Shown here in pieces: positions 8,415 to 17,682 of a stretch of 64,000 nt of DNA (position 1 is the stretch's first letter; every line of letters begins with the position of its first letter). The stretch covers positions 88,965 through 152,964 of the forward strand of contig JAZDCY010000012.1 in assembly GCA_036679645.1 (NCBI GenBank). Direction: 5' to 3'. This DNA is from Gemmatimonadota bacterium (GTDB taxonomy: Bacteria > Gemmatimonadota > Gemmatimonadetes > Gemmatimonadales > GWC2-71-9). The notes beneath the pieces were generated by a model. The model worked only from the letters and a program-made list of their open reading frames with translations, made no database searches and was not told where the DNA came from. The position numbers were made by a program, and so were the translations under genes.

Positions 8415-9764
8415 ATGGACAAGGCTTTCAGTACTCAGGTCGCGGTTGCACTCGTGCTCACGGCGTGTGCCGGACCTGGCACGGGGAAGACCGCCTACGT
8501 GGGCGCGCAAGTCTTCGATGGAACGGGCGCAGCACTCATTCAAGACGCCGTGCTCATCGTGGCGGATGGTCACATCGAAGCCGTGGGTCCCGCGGAGCAG
8601 GTATCCGTGCCACGGGGCGCCGACGTGATTGACGTCTCCGGGCGGTGGATCATCCCCGGTCTGATCGACGCGTACGCCCGCGCCGAACGCTGGGCGCTCG
8701 GGCCCATGCTCTCCTATGGCGTGACGAGTATTCGGGCGGTCGGCGGCATCCAAGACAGCGCAATTTTCCTCCGAACCGACGTACAGGCTGGAGCCACGGC
8801 CGGACCGCGTCTATACGTCACCGGCGCGCTGATAGACGGGACACCATCGCCGCTCCCCGGGGCAACAGCGGTTCGTACGACGAGCGACGCGCGGCGTGCG
8901 GTCGACAATCGCGTCCTGATCGACGCGTCGTTCGTTGCCATCGGCCCGAAGCTGAGTCGGGCGCTGCTGATCGCACTGATCGATGAGGCGCGCACGCTCG
9001 AGACGCCCGTCTCGGCGGAGTTAGGGCGCGTGGACGCCGTTACGGCGGCGCGCGTCGGGATCACCGCCGTCGACCGTCTGACGGGAATCGTCGAGGCCAC
9101 ACTCGGGAATAGCAATTCGCTGGCGCGGGCGCATCGTGACTACAACCGCGGTCGGATTGCCGCCGCCGTGGCGTGGGGACGCCTCGACTCGGCAGCCCTG
9201 CACCGGACAGCGCGAGCGCTCGCCGCCGAAGGCGCATGGCTCATCCCGGCCTTGGTTTCCTACGAGACCCTGAGCCGCCTCACCGACCGCGCGTTCATCG
9301 ATTCGCTGGACACGAAGGGCGTTCCCGACTCTGTCCGTGCTTCGTGGGACCCGGCGGGTTTCATGCGGCGGATTGGCTTGCTGCGGTCAGACGTGACTGC
9401 CATTCGCCGATCGCGCCGCGCCCAGGATCTGTTCGTCCGCCTCTTCCGGCGCGAGGGTGGGCGCGTGGTAACCGGTACGACGGCACCTTATGAGTTGATC
9501 CCGCCCGGCGCGGCGCTCCATAGCGAACTCGCACTCCTGGTCGCGGCCGGCCTCACGCCGCGCGAGACCTTACTCGCCGCGACTCGCCAGGGAGCGGCTC
9601 TGCTCAGGGCAGATACCATCGGCGTGCTCGCCCCCGGTGCGGTCGCCGACTTCGTCGTGCTGACGGGTGACCCACTCACCGACATTCGGAACACACGACG
9701 CATCACCATGGTGGTAACGTACGGTGTTGCATATTCTCCCAGAGACCTGCGCCCAGCTCAATGA
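8415..9764 (+). CDS. Amidohydrolase-fold lipoprotein (metal-binding HxH motif not conserved)
   Basis: Lipobox VALVLTACAG. Amidohydrolase N-terminal pattern AVLIVADGHIEAVGP...VIDVSGRWIIPGLIDAYARA and C-terminal GAVADFVVLTGDPL. The usual PGxIDxHxH reads PGLIDAYAR here. Confidence 0.75.
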   Translation: MDKAFSTQVAVALVLTACAGPGTGKTAYVGAQVFDGTGAALIQDAVLIVADGHIEAVGPAEQVSVPRGADVIDVSGRWIIPGLIDAYARAERWALGPMLSYGVTSIRAVGGIQDSAIFLRTDVQAGATAGPRLYVTGALIDGTPSPLPGATAVRTTSDARRAVDNRVLIDASFVAIGPKLSRALLIALIDEARTLETPVSAELGRVDAVTAARVGITAVDRLTGIVEATLGNSNSLARAHRDYNRGRIAAAVAWGRLDSAALHRTARALAAEGAWLIPALVSYETLSRLTDRAFIDSLDTKGVPDSVRASWDPAGFMRRIGLLRSDVTAIRRSRRAQDLFVRLFRREGGRVVTGTTAPYELIPPGAALHSELALLVAAGLTPRETLLAATRQGAALLRADTIGVLAPGAVADFVVLTGDPLTDIRNTRRITMVVTYGVAYSPRDLRPAQ

Positions 9765-9897
9765 CCCAACGCTCTAGCCGCCTCATTCGCTCGTGACCCG
9801 ACAGGCTCCTCCCCGTAGCGGGCCGGCCGGCTCCGGTTCCACAGACCGCCGGACGCGCACGTCTAGCGGATCCGGATCGAGCAACCGCTCGGAGTTG

Positions 9898-10728
9898 ATG
9901 TTCCCCGTCGTGCTCGAGGGCGCGAAGGCCTTCTTCCGTGACCGGGAAACCGTCGAAGGCGTGGTGGCGCGGCGGGTGCTGAGTGCGCGGGGCAAAGATG
10001 ACGAAGAGCTAGCCGACCATCTCATTCGGGAACGACGGCGGCGCACCCGCATGGATGGCAGCCTCGGCGGGTCACTCATACTCACCGCCCAGGCGGCCTG
10101 GGATCTGATGGAACTTGGCGCACCGGCGGATCACGCGGGCGTGGTCCGCATGGCCGGTTACCTCCTCACACAGCAGAATCTCCCCGGCCGGTGGAGCGAG
10201 GACGGTGTCGCTGGTGATGGGTTTTTCTCGCCGGGACCGCGCCCCGAACCCATCGCGCCGCTCGAGTTGCCCTCCGGCACTGTCTTTCAGGACGAAAACG
10301 ATGCCCGGTTCGTCGCGAGCGGCCTCGCCCTGCGAACCGTGCTGCGCGCGGGCCACGAGCAACGGGCCCCGGTAAGGACCCACCTGGACGGCCTGCTCTC
10401 GATTCGCGCCTTCGACCCCCACCTGGCGTTCGTGGTGCTGGGGGCGCTGGGAATGGCACCACCCCGGTATCAGGAACGGATCGGTACGTTGATCGAGGAG
10501 ACCGCGAGCCGACAGGCCGCTGACGGGACCTGGCCGGATGTCACTATTTTCCACGCCGTCGACATGTTGTTTGGCGTTCCCAGCGCCGCTGCTCGCGCCG
10601 CCATCCGTACCGCGGCGCCACTCATCGCGAGTCTTCAGCGCGAAAGCGGTGCATTTGACACTCGAGAGAGTGAAGCGATCGCGCTGATCGCTGTCCGTGC
10701 GCTGGATGTCGCGCGGACACGCGTCTAG
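9898..10728 (+). CDS. Prenyltransferase / squalene-cyclase-repeat (alpha/alpha toroid-like) protein, function unknown
   Basis: Start ATG 9898 preceded by GGAG. Four spaced DGxW-like repeats (MDGSLGG, LPGRWSEDG, ADGTWPD, ESGAFD), as in terpene-cyclase/prenyltransferase repeats. Confidence 0.55.
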   Translation: MFPVVLEGAKAFFRDRETVEGVVARRVLSARGKDDEELADHLIRERRRRTRMDGSLGGSLILTAQAAWDLMELGAPADHAGVVRMAGYLLTQQNLPGRWSEDGVAGDGFFSPGPRPEPIAPLELPSGTVFQDENDARFVASGLALRTVLRAGHEQRAPVRTHLDGLLSIRAFDPHLAFVVLGALGMAPPRYQERIGTLIEETASRQAADGTWPDVTIFHAVDMLFGVPSAAARAAIRTAAPLIASLQRESGAFDTRESEAIALIAVRALDVARTRV

Positions 10729-10737
10729 ACGGGTTGG

Positions 10738-11445
10738 TCACGGTGCGGCAACGCCGCGCACGATCCACCACACCCCAACGCCGAAACTGGCAACGGCCGT
10801 CGCCCGGCCGATGAGGCGCAGCGTGGCGACGGTGTTAGCTCGTCCCAAGGCGAATGCAGCCAGCCCCGAGTACGTCGTCATGGCCAGCACGGTACCAATC
10901 CCGAACATCGACAGGTATCCTACGGCGGCCCCGACATCGTCGATCAGGGTTACGGGGACCAGTACGATGACCGCCGTGGAGCCGGCCAGTCCATGAACTG
11001 CACCAATCAGCGTGGGCAGATGCCGGTGCCGGCTGCCCGCCTGGGCGTGTGAATGATCGTGGGGGTGTACCGACGGATGATGGGAATGGAGATGCGCATG
11101 AGGATGCGGTCCATTGGCGGCGTGCGTCTGGGGATCGTGGAGGTGGAGACGCGAGGCACCGCGAAGCGCCCAGATTCCAATCGCGATCATCATCGCGCCT
11201 ACGGCGAGCTCGAGCTTTCCGGCAAGATAGGACGGCACGGAGAGTCCGGTCGCCGCGAGACCAGTTCCCACGGCCAGTACGGCGACCGCGTGTCCCAGTC
11301 CCCATCTAAGCCCAAACTGCAGCGCCGCACGCAGGTGTGGCCTGCTGCCGACCACAGCCGTCATCGCAACCATGTGATCGACCTCGAGCGCGTGTGTGGC
11401 GCCGAGCACGAAGGCGGCCGCGTATGCGGCCCACAGATCCGTCAT
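10738..11445 (-). CDS. NicO/RcnA-like nickel/cobalt transporter with His-rich loop
   Basis: 235-aa polytopic membrane protein. N-terminal GATHALEVDHM motif and a central loop HLHDPQTHAANGPHPHAHLHSHHPSVHPHDHSHAQAGSRHRH, as in NicO-family metal transporters. Confidence 0.7.
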   Translation of the reverse strand: MTDLWAAYAAAFVLGATHALEVDHMVAMTAVVGSRPHLRAALQFGLRWGLGHAVAVLAVGTGLAATGLSVPSYLAGKLELAVGAMMIAIGIWALRGASRLHLHDPQTHAANGPHPHAHLHSHHPSVHPHDHSHAQAGSRHRHLPTLIGAVHGLAGSTAVIVLVPVTLIDDVGAAVGYLSMFGIGTVLAMTTYSGLAAFALGRANTVATLRLIGRATAVASFGVGVWWIVRGVAAP

Positions 11446-11468
11446 GACACCTCACCACAGGGAGGAAG

Positions 11469-12533
11469 ATGGCCGACAGTCCGCGCGACGAGCGACCACG
11501 CATCCGGCTGACCGCGCTTTCGCACGGCGCCGGTTGAGCCTGCAAGCTCGCCGCTGACGAGTTAGCGCAGGTCCTGCGCTACGTACCCGAAATAGACGAT
11601 GCTCGCGTGTTGGCGGACGCCGCCACGCGCGACGACGCCGCCGTGTTTCAATTGGCGGACGATCGCGCGCTCGTGGCTACCGTAGATTTTTTCACGCCAA
11701 TCGTCGATGACCCGTATGCATTTGGCGCAATCGCGGCCGCCAATGCGTTCAGCGACGTGTATGCGATGGGTGCAACCCCGTTCCTGGCGCTGAACTTAGT
11801 AGCGTGGCCCCGCGACCCCGAGATCCTCGAGTTACTGACGGAGACCGTGCGTGGTGCGGCCGACGTGGCGCGTGAGGCCGGAGCGTTGATCCTGGGTGGA
11901 CACTCGATCGACGATCAAGAACCGAAGTTCGGCATGGTCGCGCTGGGTGAAATCCACCCAGCGAAGATAATCACGGTGGGCGGAGCACAACCCGGCGACC
12001 GTATCGTGCTGACCAAACCCATCGGAACCGGTATCCTGAGTACTGCCCTCAAGCGGGACGCCTTGGATGAGCGCGACCTGCAACCGGCGGTGGACAGCAT
12101 GACGCGTCTGAACCGCGACGCACGCGACGCGATGGTGGAGTTGGGGCCAGCAGTGCACGCCTGTACGGACGTGACCGGCTTTGGACTCCTCGGTCACCTC
12201 CACAATGTGCTCGTGGCGAGCGCATGCGGTGCGCGCATCGAGAACGCGGCCGTCCCCCTGCTGCCGCGCGCGCGGGAACTGGCCGCAGCCGGCAACGTCC
12301 CCGGGGGGACCACGCGCAACCTCTCGGCAGCCGAGGAGTTCACTCGCTGGACACGTGAGATCGACGCGACCATGAAGGCGCTGCTTGTCGACGCGCAAAC
12401 GTCGGGTGGACTCCTGATCGTCGTGTCACCAGAAAGCGTCGATCAGCTGACCGCGGGTCTCCAAGCACGCGGCGTCACCGCGGCCGTCATAGGCACGATG
12501 ACCGACGAACCCGGTCAAATCGAGGTCGCGTGA
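11469..12533 (+). CDS. selD: Selenide, water dikinase (selenophosphate synthetase), selenocysteine-containing form
   Basis: The track ORF (11607..12533) holds the AIR-synthase-like SelD core (FFTPIVDDPYAFGAIAAANAFSDVYAMGA). The same frame is open back to ATG 11469 (GGAGG at 11461) apart from one TGA at 11535-11537. Translation reads MADSPRDERPRIRLTALSHGAG-U-ACKLAADELAQVL, the conserved SelD N-terminal Sec/Cys-Lys loop. Confidence 0.85.
11535..11573 (+). promoter_or_regulatory. In-frame UGA (Sec codon) plus downstream SECIS-like hairpin
   Basis: Directly after the UGA, GCCUGC (11538-11543) pairs with GCAGGU (11567-11572). An upper stem GCUCG/CGAGU encloses the 7-nt loop CCGCUGA. Folded by eye only. 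Confidence 0.55.
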
Positions 12534-13126
12534 CGCAGATCGCCGTGGTGCACGCCGACGAGAGTTGCCTCGGCAACGGGCGTGAGGGTAGCAATCCCGG
12601 CGGAGCGGGTGGGCTCATCGAAGTCGCGGCGCAGGCGGGCGTTACCCGCCGCGACGTGTATATCTCATCTCCAGGAACGACCAACAACCGCATGGCACTC
12701 AGCGGGGCGATCGCCGCGTTCGCGCTGCTCTCACAGAAGGGAAAGCACTTGCGAGTGGCCTACGTGTCCGACTCCAACTATCTCATCCGAGGCATGAACG
12801 AGTGGGTCCCCACGTGGCGCGCCCGGGGCTGGCGGCGCAAGGGCGGCGCGGTCGAGAACCTATCGCTGTGGAAGAAGCTTGTTGATGTCGCCCGTGCGCA
12901 CGACGTCACGTGGCAGTGGGTGCGGGGCCACGCGGGTCACCCAAAGAACGAATACGCCGACGCACTCGCCGTGCGCGCGGCGCGCGAGCTGATCCACTCC
13001 GAGGGGGCGGAGTCCTCGGGGTTTGACGCTTGGCTGGACCGCGAACGCCAGCGGGGACACTTTGCGGATTACGACCCCGACGAAGCGTTCGCCTGCGTCA
13101 CCGCGCAACTCGAGTCCGCGCGGTGA
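12530..13126 (+). CDS. rnhA: Ribonuclease HI
   Basis: N-terminal VHADESCLGNG and C-terminal WQWVRGHAGHPKNEYADALA motifs of RNase H1. The start overlaps the selD stop (12530-12533). Confidence 0.85.
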   Translation: MTQIAVVHADESCLGNGREGSNPGGAGGLIEVAAQAGVTRRDVYISSPGTTNNRMALSGAIAAFALLSQKGKHLRVAYVSDSNYLIRGMNEWVPTWRARGWRRKGGAVENLSLWKKLVDVARAHDVTWQWVRGHAGHPKNEYADALAVRAARELIHSEGAESSGFDAWLDRERQRGHFADYDPDEAFACVTAQLESAR

Positions 13127-13632
13127 TCGGTTTCAAGGACGGCGTCGCAGCCAACACGCACCCACTCAACGTGCGGACGGATCCCCCCGAGGTACCCAAC
13201 GGCGTCCCCGACCGCATTCCCCTCTTCGAGGTCTACATGCGGATGGCCGAGGAGTTGGCAAAACGATCCACGTGCACGCGCCTCCAAGTGGGTACCGTCG
13301 TGACGGATGCACGCCTAGAGAACGTGCTGGCGATCGGCTACAACGGGAATGCGAAAGGTCTGCCGAACCGGTGCGACTCCACGGTGCCCGGTCAGTGCGG
13401 CTGCATTCACTCCGAAGTGAACGCTCTCGTGAAAGCACCTGGTGCGATCATCGACAAGGTGCTGTTCGTCACGAACAGTCCCTGCGTCATGTGTGCCAAG
13501 ATGATCATCAATTCGGGCGTTACGCACGTCTATTTCCGTCGCGCTTATCGCGATCCGACAGGCGTTGAACTCCTCACAACCGCCAGTGTGACGCCGGTGT
13601 TGTACGATCGATGGGCGCGTGAGTGGCGGTGA
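13123..13632 (+). CDS. dCMP deaminase (ComEB/cytidine-deoxycytidylate deaminase family)
   Basis: Zinc motifs CIHSEVNA (HxE) and SPCVMCAKMI (PCxxC), plus EVYMRMAEELAKRSTC. GTG 13123 forms a GTGA overlap with the rnhA stop. The longer track ORF start lies inside rnhA. Confidence 0.8.
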   Translation: MIGFKDGVAANTHPLNVRTDPPEVPNGVPDRIPLFEVYMRMAEELAKRSTCTRLQVGTVVTDARLENVLAIGYNGNAKGLPNRCDSTVPGQCGCIHSEVNALVKAPGAIIDKVLFVTNSPCVMCAKMIINSGVTHVYFRRAYRDPTGVELLTTASVTPVLYDRWAREWR

Positions 13633-14405
13633 TGCACGACGACCAACAGGACGTACACCGCCTGTTTCGCTGCCTGATCGAGACGCTGTCCGACCAAGAC
13701 CAGCAGCGCCTCCGCTCTGCATTCCAGGTGGCGGAGCTGTACCAGACCATCATTCCCTATCGGACGCATCGTTCGCGCCTCGGATTCGACAGTAGTGAAG
13801 ACTACGAGATGGCGGTGCTCCGTCTCCTGGCGGGAGAGGGGAGCTACGCATCGGTCAGTCCGCCAGAGGCACAAGACGCCATCGCAGCGGAGGCGGCGGC
13901 GGTAAATCCCAATCCCGGGGTCGTGCGCGAGTACGCCGGTGCAATGGTGCAACTCGCCCGGGCCGCGGTGGACGACGCCCTGGACGCGGAGCGCTCGTAC
14001 GCGCCACCCGAGGCGGCGGAGCCAGAGGCACCCACGGCCGAGCCGGATATTGAGACAGCGTCTCCGGACGCAGAGCCTACCGCCACTACCCAAGCGCCGG
14101 TTTTCTCGCTGGACGACGGCTCGCGCCCGCGTGCGGACGCCGTCGATCCCCCGGACCCACCGGATCCTGAACCAGACATCTCGGCTCCCGCAGCCGCCCC
14201 GCCTCGTACGATGAGACCGTCAGACGGCGGAGCCACGACCTGCCGGAATTGTGGCCGCGGTTTGCCGCTGCAACGCCAGGTGACTTATTGCCCCTTTTGT
14301 GGGCAACCCGCGCACGCACTGATCTGCCCGGCCTGCGGCGCCGAATTGGAAACCGGATGGCGGTTCTGCGTCGACTGTGGCGCGGGACCCGGTCACAAAT
14401 CCTGA
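13632..14405 (+). CDS. Hypothetical protein with Pro/Ala-rich linker and C-terminal double zinc ribbon
   Basis: C-terminus CRNCGRGLPLQRQVTYCPFCGQPAHALICPACGAELETGWRFCVDCG has four CxxC pairs. ATG 13632 overlaps the upstream TGA (TGATG). Confidence 0.65.
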   Translation: MHDDQQDVHRLFRCLIETLSDQDQQRLRSAFQVAELYQTIIPYRTHRSRLGFDSSEDYEMAVLRLLAGEGSYASVSPPEAQDAIAAEAAAVNPNPGVVREYAGAMVQLARAAVDDALDAERSYAPPEAAEPEAPTAEPDIETASPDAEPTATTQAPVFSLDDGSRPRADAVDPPDPPDPEPDISAPAAAPPRTMRPSDGGATTCRNCGRGLPLQRQVTYCPFCGQPAHALICPACGAELETGWRFCVDCGAGPGHKS

Positions 14406-15493
14406 CGCGCGCGCATCGTATTGCGGTGATCGCCGGGGACGGAATCGGTCCCGAAGTCGTCGCAGCTGCCATCCCATCCATTGAGCGCGCCGCCGCCCAC
14501 GACGGGGCAACACTGACCTGGGAGCATCTTCCCTTGGGTGCGGAGCACTATCTCGAGACGGGGGAGACGCTTCCTGACGCCACGTTCGACCACTTGCAGC
14601 ACCACGTCGACGCCATTATGCTCGGCGCCCTCGGCGATCCCCGGGTGCCCGATAACGCACATGCGCGCGACATCCTCCTGGGCCTGCGCCGCCGACTCGA
14701 CCTCTACATCAATTTCCGACCCATCCGACTGTTGCATCCGAGGTTGTGCGCGTTGACGTCCGCTCCATGCGCAGCGCCGCAACCCGGCGCGGATGGAGAC
14801 GGACGCCACATCGACTTCGTCATCTTCCGGGAAAACACCGAAGGTGCGTATTTGGGCCGCGGGACTGCACGGGACGTGGGGACGCCGCACGAGGAGCAGA
14901 TCGCAGAGGAAGTCCACACGGCACCCAACGTCACGCGCATCCTGACGGCAGCGTTCGGGTGGGCGCGCGCCCACGGGTGCACGCGAGTCACGATGGCCGA
15001 CAAGGCGAACGCGATACCCATGCATCGCCTCTGGCAGCGGATGTTCGATCAGGTGGGGAAAGACTTCACGGACATCGAGCACGAGCATCGTTATGTCGAT
15101 GCCTTGGCGATGGAACTGGTGCGCTCACCCGAGCGGTTTCAGGTGATCGTGACGAACAACCTCTTTGGAGATATCCTCTCCGATCTGGGCGCCGGGTTGG
15201 TCGGCGGGCTCGGAGTCGCACCGAGCGCCAACCTGCACCCCGGACGCCCCGGTCTCTTCGAACCGGTGCATGGATCCGCCCCAACCTTGGTCGGCACCGG
15301 CACCGCCAATCCGATGGCCGCGATACTGACCGGTGCGTTGATGCTGGAGCAACTCGGTCTCCCCACCGCTCCAAAACTCCTGGACGATGCCGTCGAGCAG
15401 GCCGTCGCCGCCGGCGTGACGACACCCGATATCGGTGGGACAGCATCCACCGCGGCTGTGGCCGAGTGGATCAAGGGGCACCTGCCCGGCTAG
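14357..15493 (+). CDS. Isopropylmalate/tartrate/isocitrate dehydrogenase family enzyme
   Basis: RIAVIAGDGIGPEV N-terminal motif, NLFGDILSDLGAGLVGGLG, and EPVHGSAP. The start is uncertain. ATG 14357 overlaps the upstream gene by 49 nt, and the next canonical start (GTG 14426) would truncate the first strand. Confidence 0.8.
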   Translation: MAVLRRLWRGTRSQILTRAHRIAVIAGDGIGPEVVAAAIPSIERAAAHDGATLTWEHLPLGAEHYLETGETLPDATFDHLQHHVDAIMLGALGDPRVPDNAHARDILLGLRRRLDLYINFRPIRLLHPRLCALTSAPCAAPQPGADGDGRHIDFVIFRENTEGAYLGRGTARDVGTPHEEQIAEEVHTAPNVTRILTAAFGWARAHGCTRVTMADKANAIPMHRLWQRMFDQVGKDFTDIEHEHRYVDALAMELVRSPERFQVIVTNNLFGDILSDLGAGLVGGLGVAPSANLHPGRPGLFEPVHGSAPTLVGTGTANPMAAILTGALMLEQLGLPTAPKLLDDAVEQAVAAGVTTPDIGGTASTAAVAEWIKGHLPG

Positions 15494-15580
15494 CCAACCC
15501 CGCCGTGTCCCCTGCCGCGGGAAAGGCCCGCTGGCCATATTTCAATTCTATCTCTCAACTCGATCCTCTCGGAGTGCAGC

Positions 15581-16783
15581 ATGACCCAGGGTCATGATAC
15601 AGATGTCGTTTTCCTGTCGGGCGTGCGTACCGGGTTCGGGAAGTTCGGCGGTACGCTCAAGAGTTTTTCGGCGACACAGCTTGGTGCCATTGCCGCCCGA
15701 CACGCTGTCGAGCGCTCGGGACTAGAGCATGGCGCTATCGACCACGTCGTCTTCGGCAACGCGCAACAGACGTCGGCGGATGCGATCTACCTTGCACGCC
15801 ATGTCGGCCTGCAGGCGGGACTCCCCATCGAAGTTCCCGCCGTGACCGTAAATCGGCTGTGCGGGTCCGGATTCGAGGCGATCATTCAAGGGGCACAGCA
15901 GATCATGCTGGGCGACTCCGCGGTGGTCCTTGCCGGTGGCGCCGAATCGATGAGCCAGGCCCCGCATGTGGTGCGCGGCGCGCGGTGGGGGCTGCGGCTC
16001 GGGCCCACGCCGGGCCTCGAGGATTCACTCTGGGAAGCACTCACCGATTCCCAGTGCGGTCTCTCGATGGCAGAGACGGCCGAGAACCTCGCTGACAAGT
16101 ACGGGCTTACCCGCGAAGACGTCGATGCGTACGCTCTCTTGAGCCAGCAGCGCGCCCAAAAAGCCTGGGATGACCGTGTCTTCGAGGATGAGGTCATTCC
16201 GGTGCCCGTCAAGAATCGAAAGACGAAGAAGATTGACGAGTGGCGTGCCGACGAACACATGCGCCCCGACACGACGGCAGAGGCGCTGGCCGCGCTGAAG
16301 CCCTACTTCAAGAAGGACGGCTTCGTCACTGCGGGTAACGCGTCCGGTATCTGTGACGGCGCGGCGGCGACGGTCATCGCCGGTGCCGCGTTCGCCGAAG
16401 AAAAAGGCTTGAAGCCCATGGGCCGCCTCGTTGCCTGGGGCATCGCCGGTGTCGAGCCAAAGTACATGGGCATCGGACCGGCGCCCGCCGCGCGAAAGGC
16501 GCTGGACCGGGCAGGACTCACGCTCGACGACATGGACCTCGTCGAGGTGAACGAGGCGTTCTCTCCCCAGTATGTCGCTGTCGAAAAGGAACTGGGGCTG
16601 GACCGCGAGAAGACCAACATTCACGGCGGCGCCATTGCGATCGGCCACCCGCTGGCGGCGAGTGGCACGCGCATTACGATTCATCTCCTCCACGCGTTGC
16701 ATCAGGCGAAGAGACGCTACGGCCTCGGCTCGGCGTGCATCGGGGGCGGGCAGGGCGCCGCGGTCATCGTAGAGGCCTTCTAG
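15581..16783 (+). CDS. Acetyl-CoA C-acetyltransferase (thiolase II)
   Basis: Active-site region VNRLCGSG and C-terminal [17 protein letters not shown] and CIGGGQG motifs. 400 aa, with GGAG upstream. Confidence 0.9.
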   Translation: MTQGHDTDVVFLSGVRTGFGKFGGTLKSFSATQLGAIAARHAVERSGLEHGAIDHVVFGNAQQTSADAIYLARHVGLQAGLPIEVPAVTVNRLCGSGFEAIIQGAQQIMLGDSAVVLAGGAESMSQAPHVVRGARWGLRLGPTPGLEDSLWEALTDSQCGLSMAETAENLADKYGLTREDVDAYALLSQQRAQKAWDDRVFEDEVIPVPVKNRKTKKIDEWRADEHMRPDTTAEALAALKPYFKKDGFVTAGNASGICDGAAATVIAGAAFAEEKGLKPMGRLVAWGIAGVEPKYMGIGPAPAARKALDRAGLTLDDMDLVEVNEAFSPQYVAVEKELGLDREKTNIHGGAIAIGHPLAASGTRITIHLLHALHQAKRRYGLGSACIGGGQGAAVIVEAF

Positions 16784-17682
16784 TGGAAATCCTCCTCGCC
16801 GTCGCCGGTGGGATGGTGGCGTACACCTTCGCCAGCCTGCGCGTTCTGAAGCAGTACGAGCGGGGTGTCACATTCCTGCTCGGGAAGTATTGGGGAACCA
16901 AGGGACCCGGACTCGTCTTCGTGCCGGCCGGATTCGCAAAGATGAACCGTGTGTCGCTGCGCATCATCGCGATGGACATCCAGCCACAGGACGTGATCAC
17001 CCGCGATAACGTCTCGATCAAGGTGAACGCCGTTCTCTACATGCGGGTCAGGACACCCGACCTGGCTATCATCGAAATCGAGGACTACCTGTTCGCGACG
17101 AGCCAACTCGCGCAGACGACGCTTCGCAGTGTGCTAGGTGAAGTGGAACTGGACGAGTTGCTCGCGGACCGGGAGAAGATCAACGCGATCTTGAAGAACA
17201 TCGTCGATGAACGGACCGAGCCGTGGGGTATCGAGGTATCGGCGGTCGAGGTCAAGGACGTCGACTTGCCAGTCGAGATGAAACGCGCGATGGCGCGGCA
17301 GGCGGAGGCGGAACGAGAACGTCGCGCCAAGGTCATCGCGGCCGAAGGCGAATTCCAGGCAGCCGGGCGCCTGCGCGAGGCGGCCGCGGAGATGTCACAA
17401 CAACCACAGGCGTTGCAGTTGCGGTACTTGCAGACGCTCGTCGAGATCGCAACCGAGAACAACTCGACGACGGTATTCCCTATCCCACTCGACCTGTTCA
17501 CGCCGTTCATGGATGCTGCGAAGCAGGTCATGCAGAGCCGAGCGACGGAACCACGCGCGGCGCAGCTAACCCGGGTCTATGACCGATACCGTTCCGCCTG
17601 GCAGTCGGATCGACCGTCCGGCGCTCGAGCGCATCATTCAACGCGCCGCCGAGCTGCAGGCCCGGGAGCGCGAGATTGGTGA
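16783..17682 (+). CDS. SPFH/band-7 (stomatin-like) membrane protein
   Basis: N-terminal TM ([16 protein letters not shown]) followed by [19 protein letters not shown]...[18 protein letters not shown] and an Ala/Glu-rich coiled coil ([19 protein letters not shown]). GTG 16783 abuts the thiolase stop. The 3' end overlaps the next gene by 104 nt. Confidence 0.8.
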   Translation: MEILLAVAGGMVAYTFASLRVLKQYERGVTFLLGKYWGTKGPGLVFVPAGFAKMNRVSLRIIAMDIQPQDVITRDNVSIKVNAVLYMRVRTPDLAIIEIEDYLFATSQLAQTTLRSVLGEVELDELLADREKINAILKNIVDERTEPWGIEVSAVEVKDVDLPVEMKRAMARQAEAERERRAKVIAAEGEFQAAGRLREAAAEMSQQPQALQLRYLQTLVEIATENNSTTVFPIPLDLFTPFMDAAKQVMQSRATEPRAAQLTRVYDRYRSAWQSDRPSGARAHHSTRRRAAGPGARDW

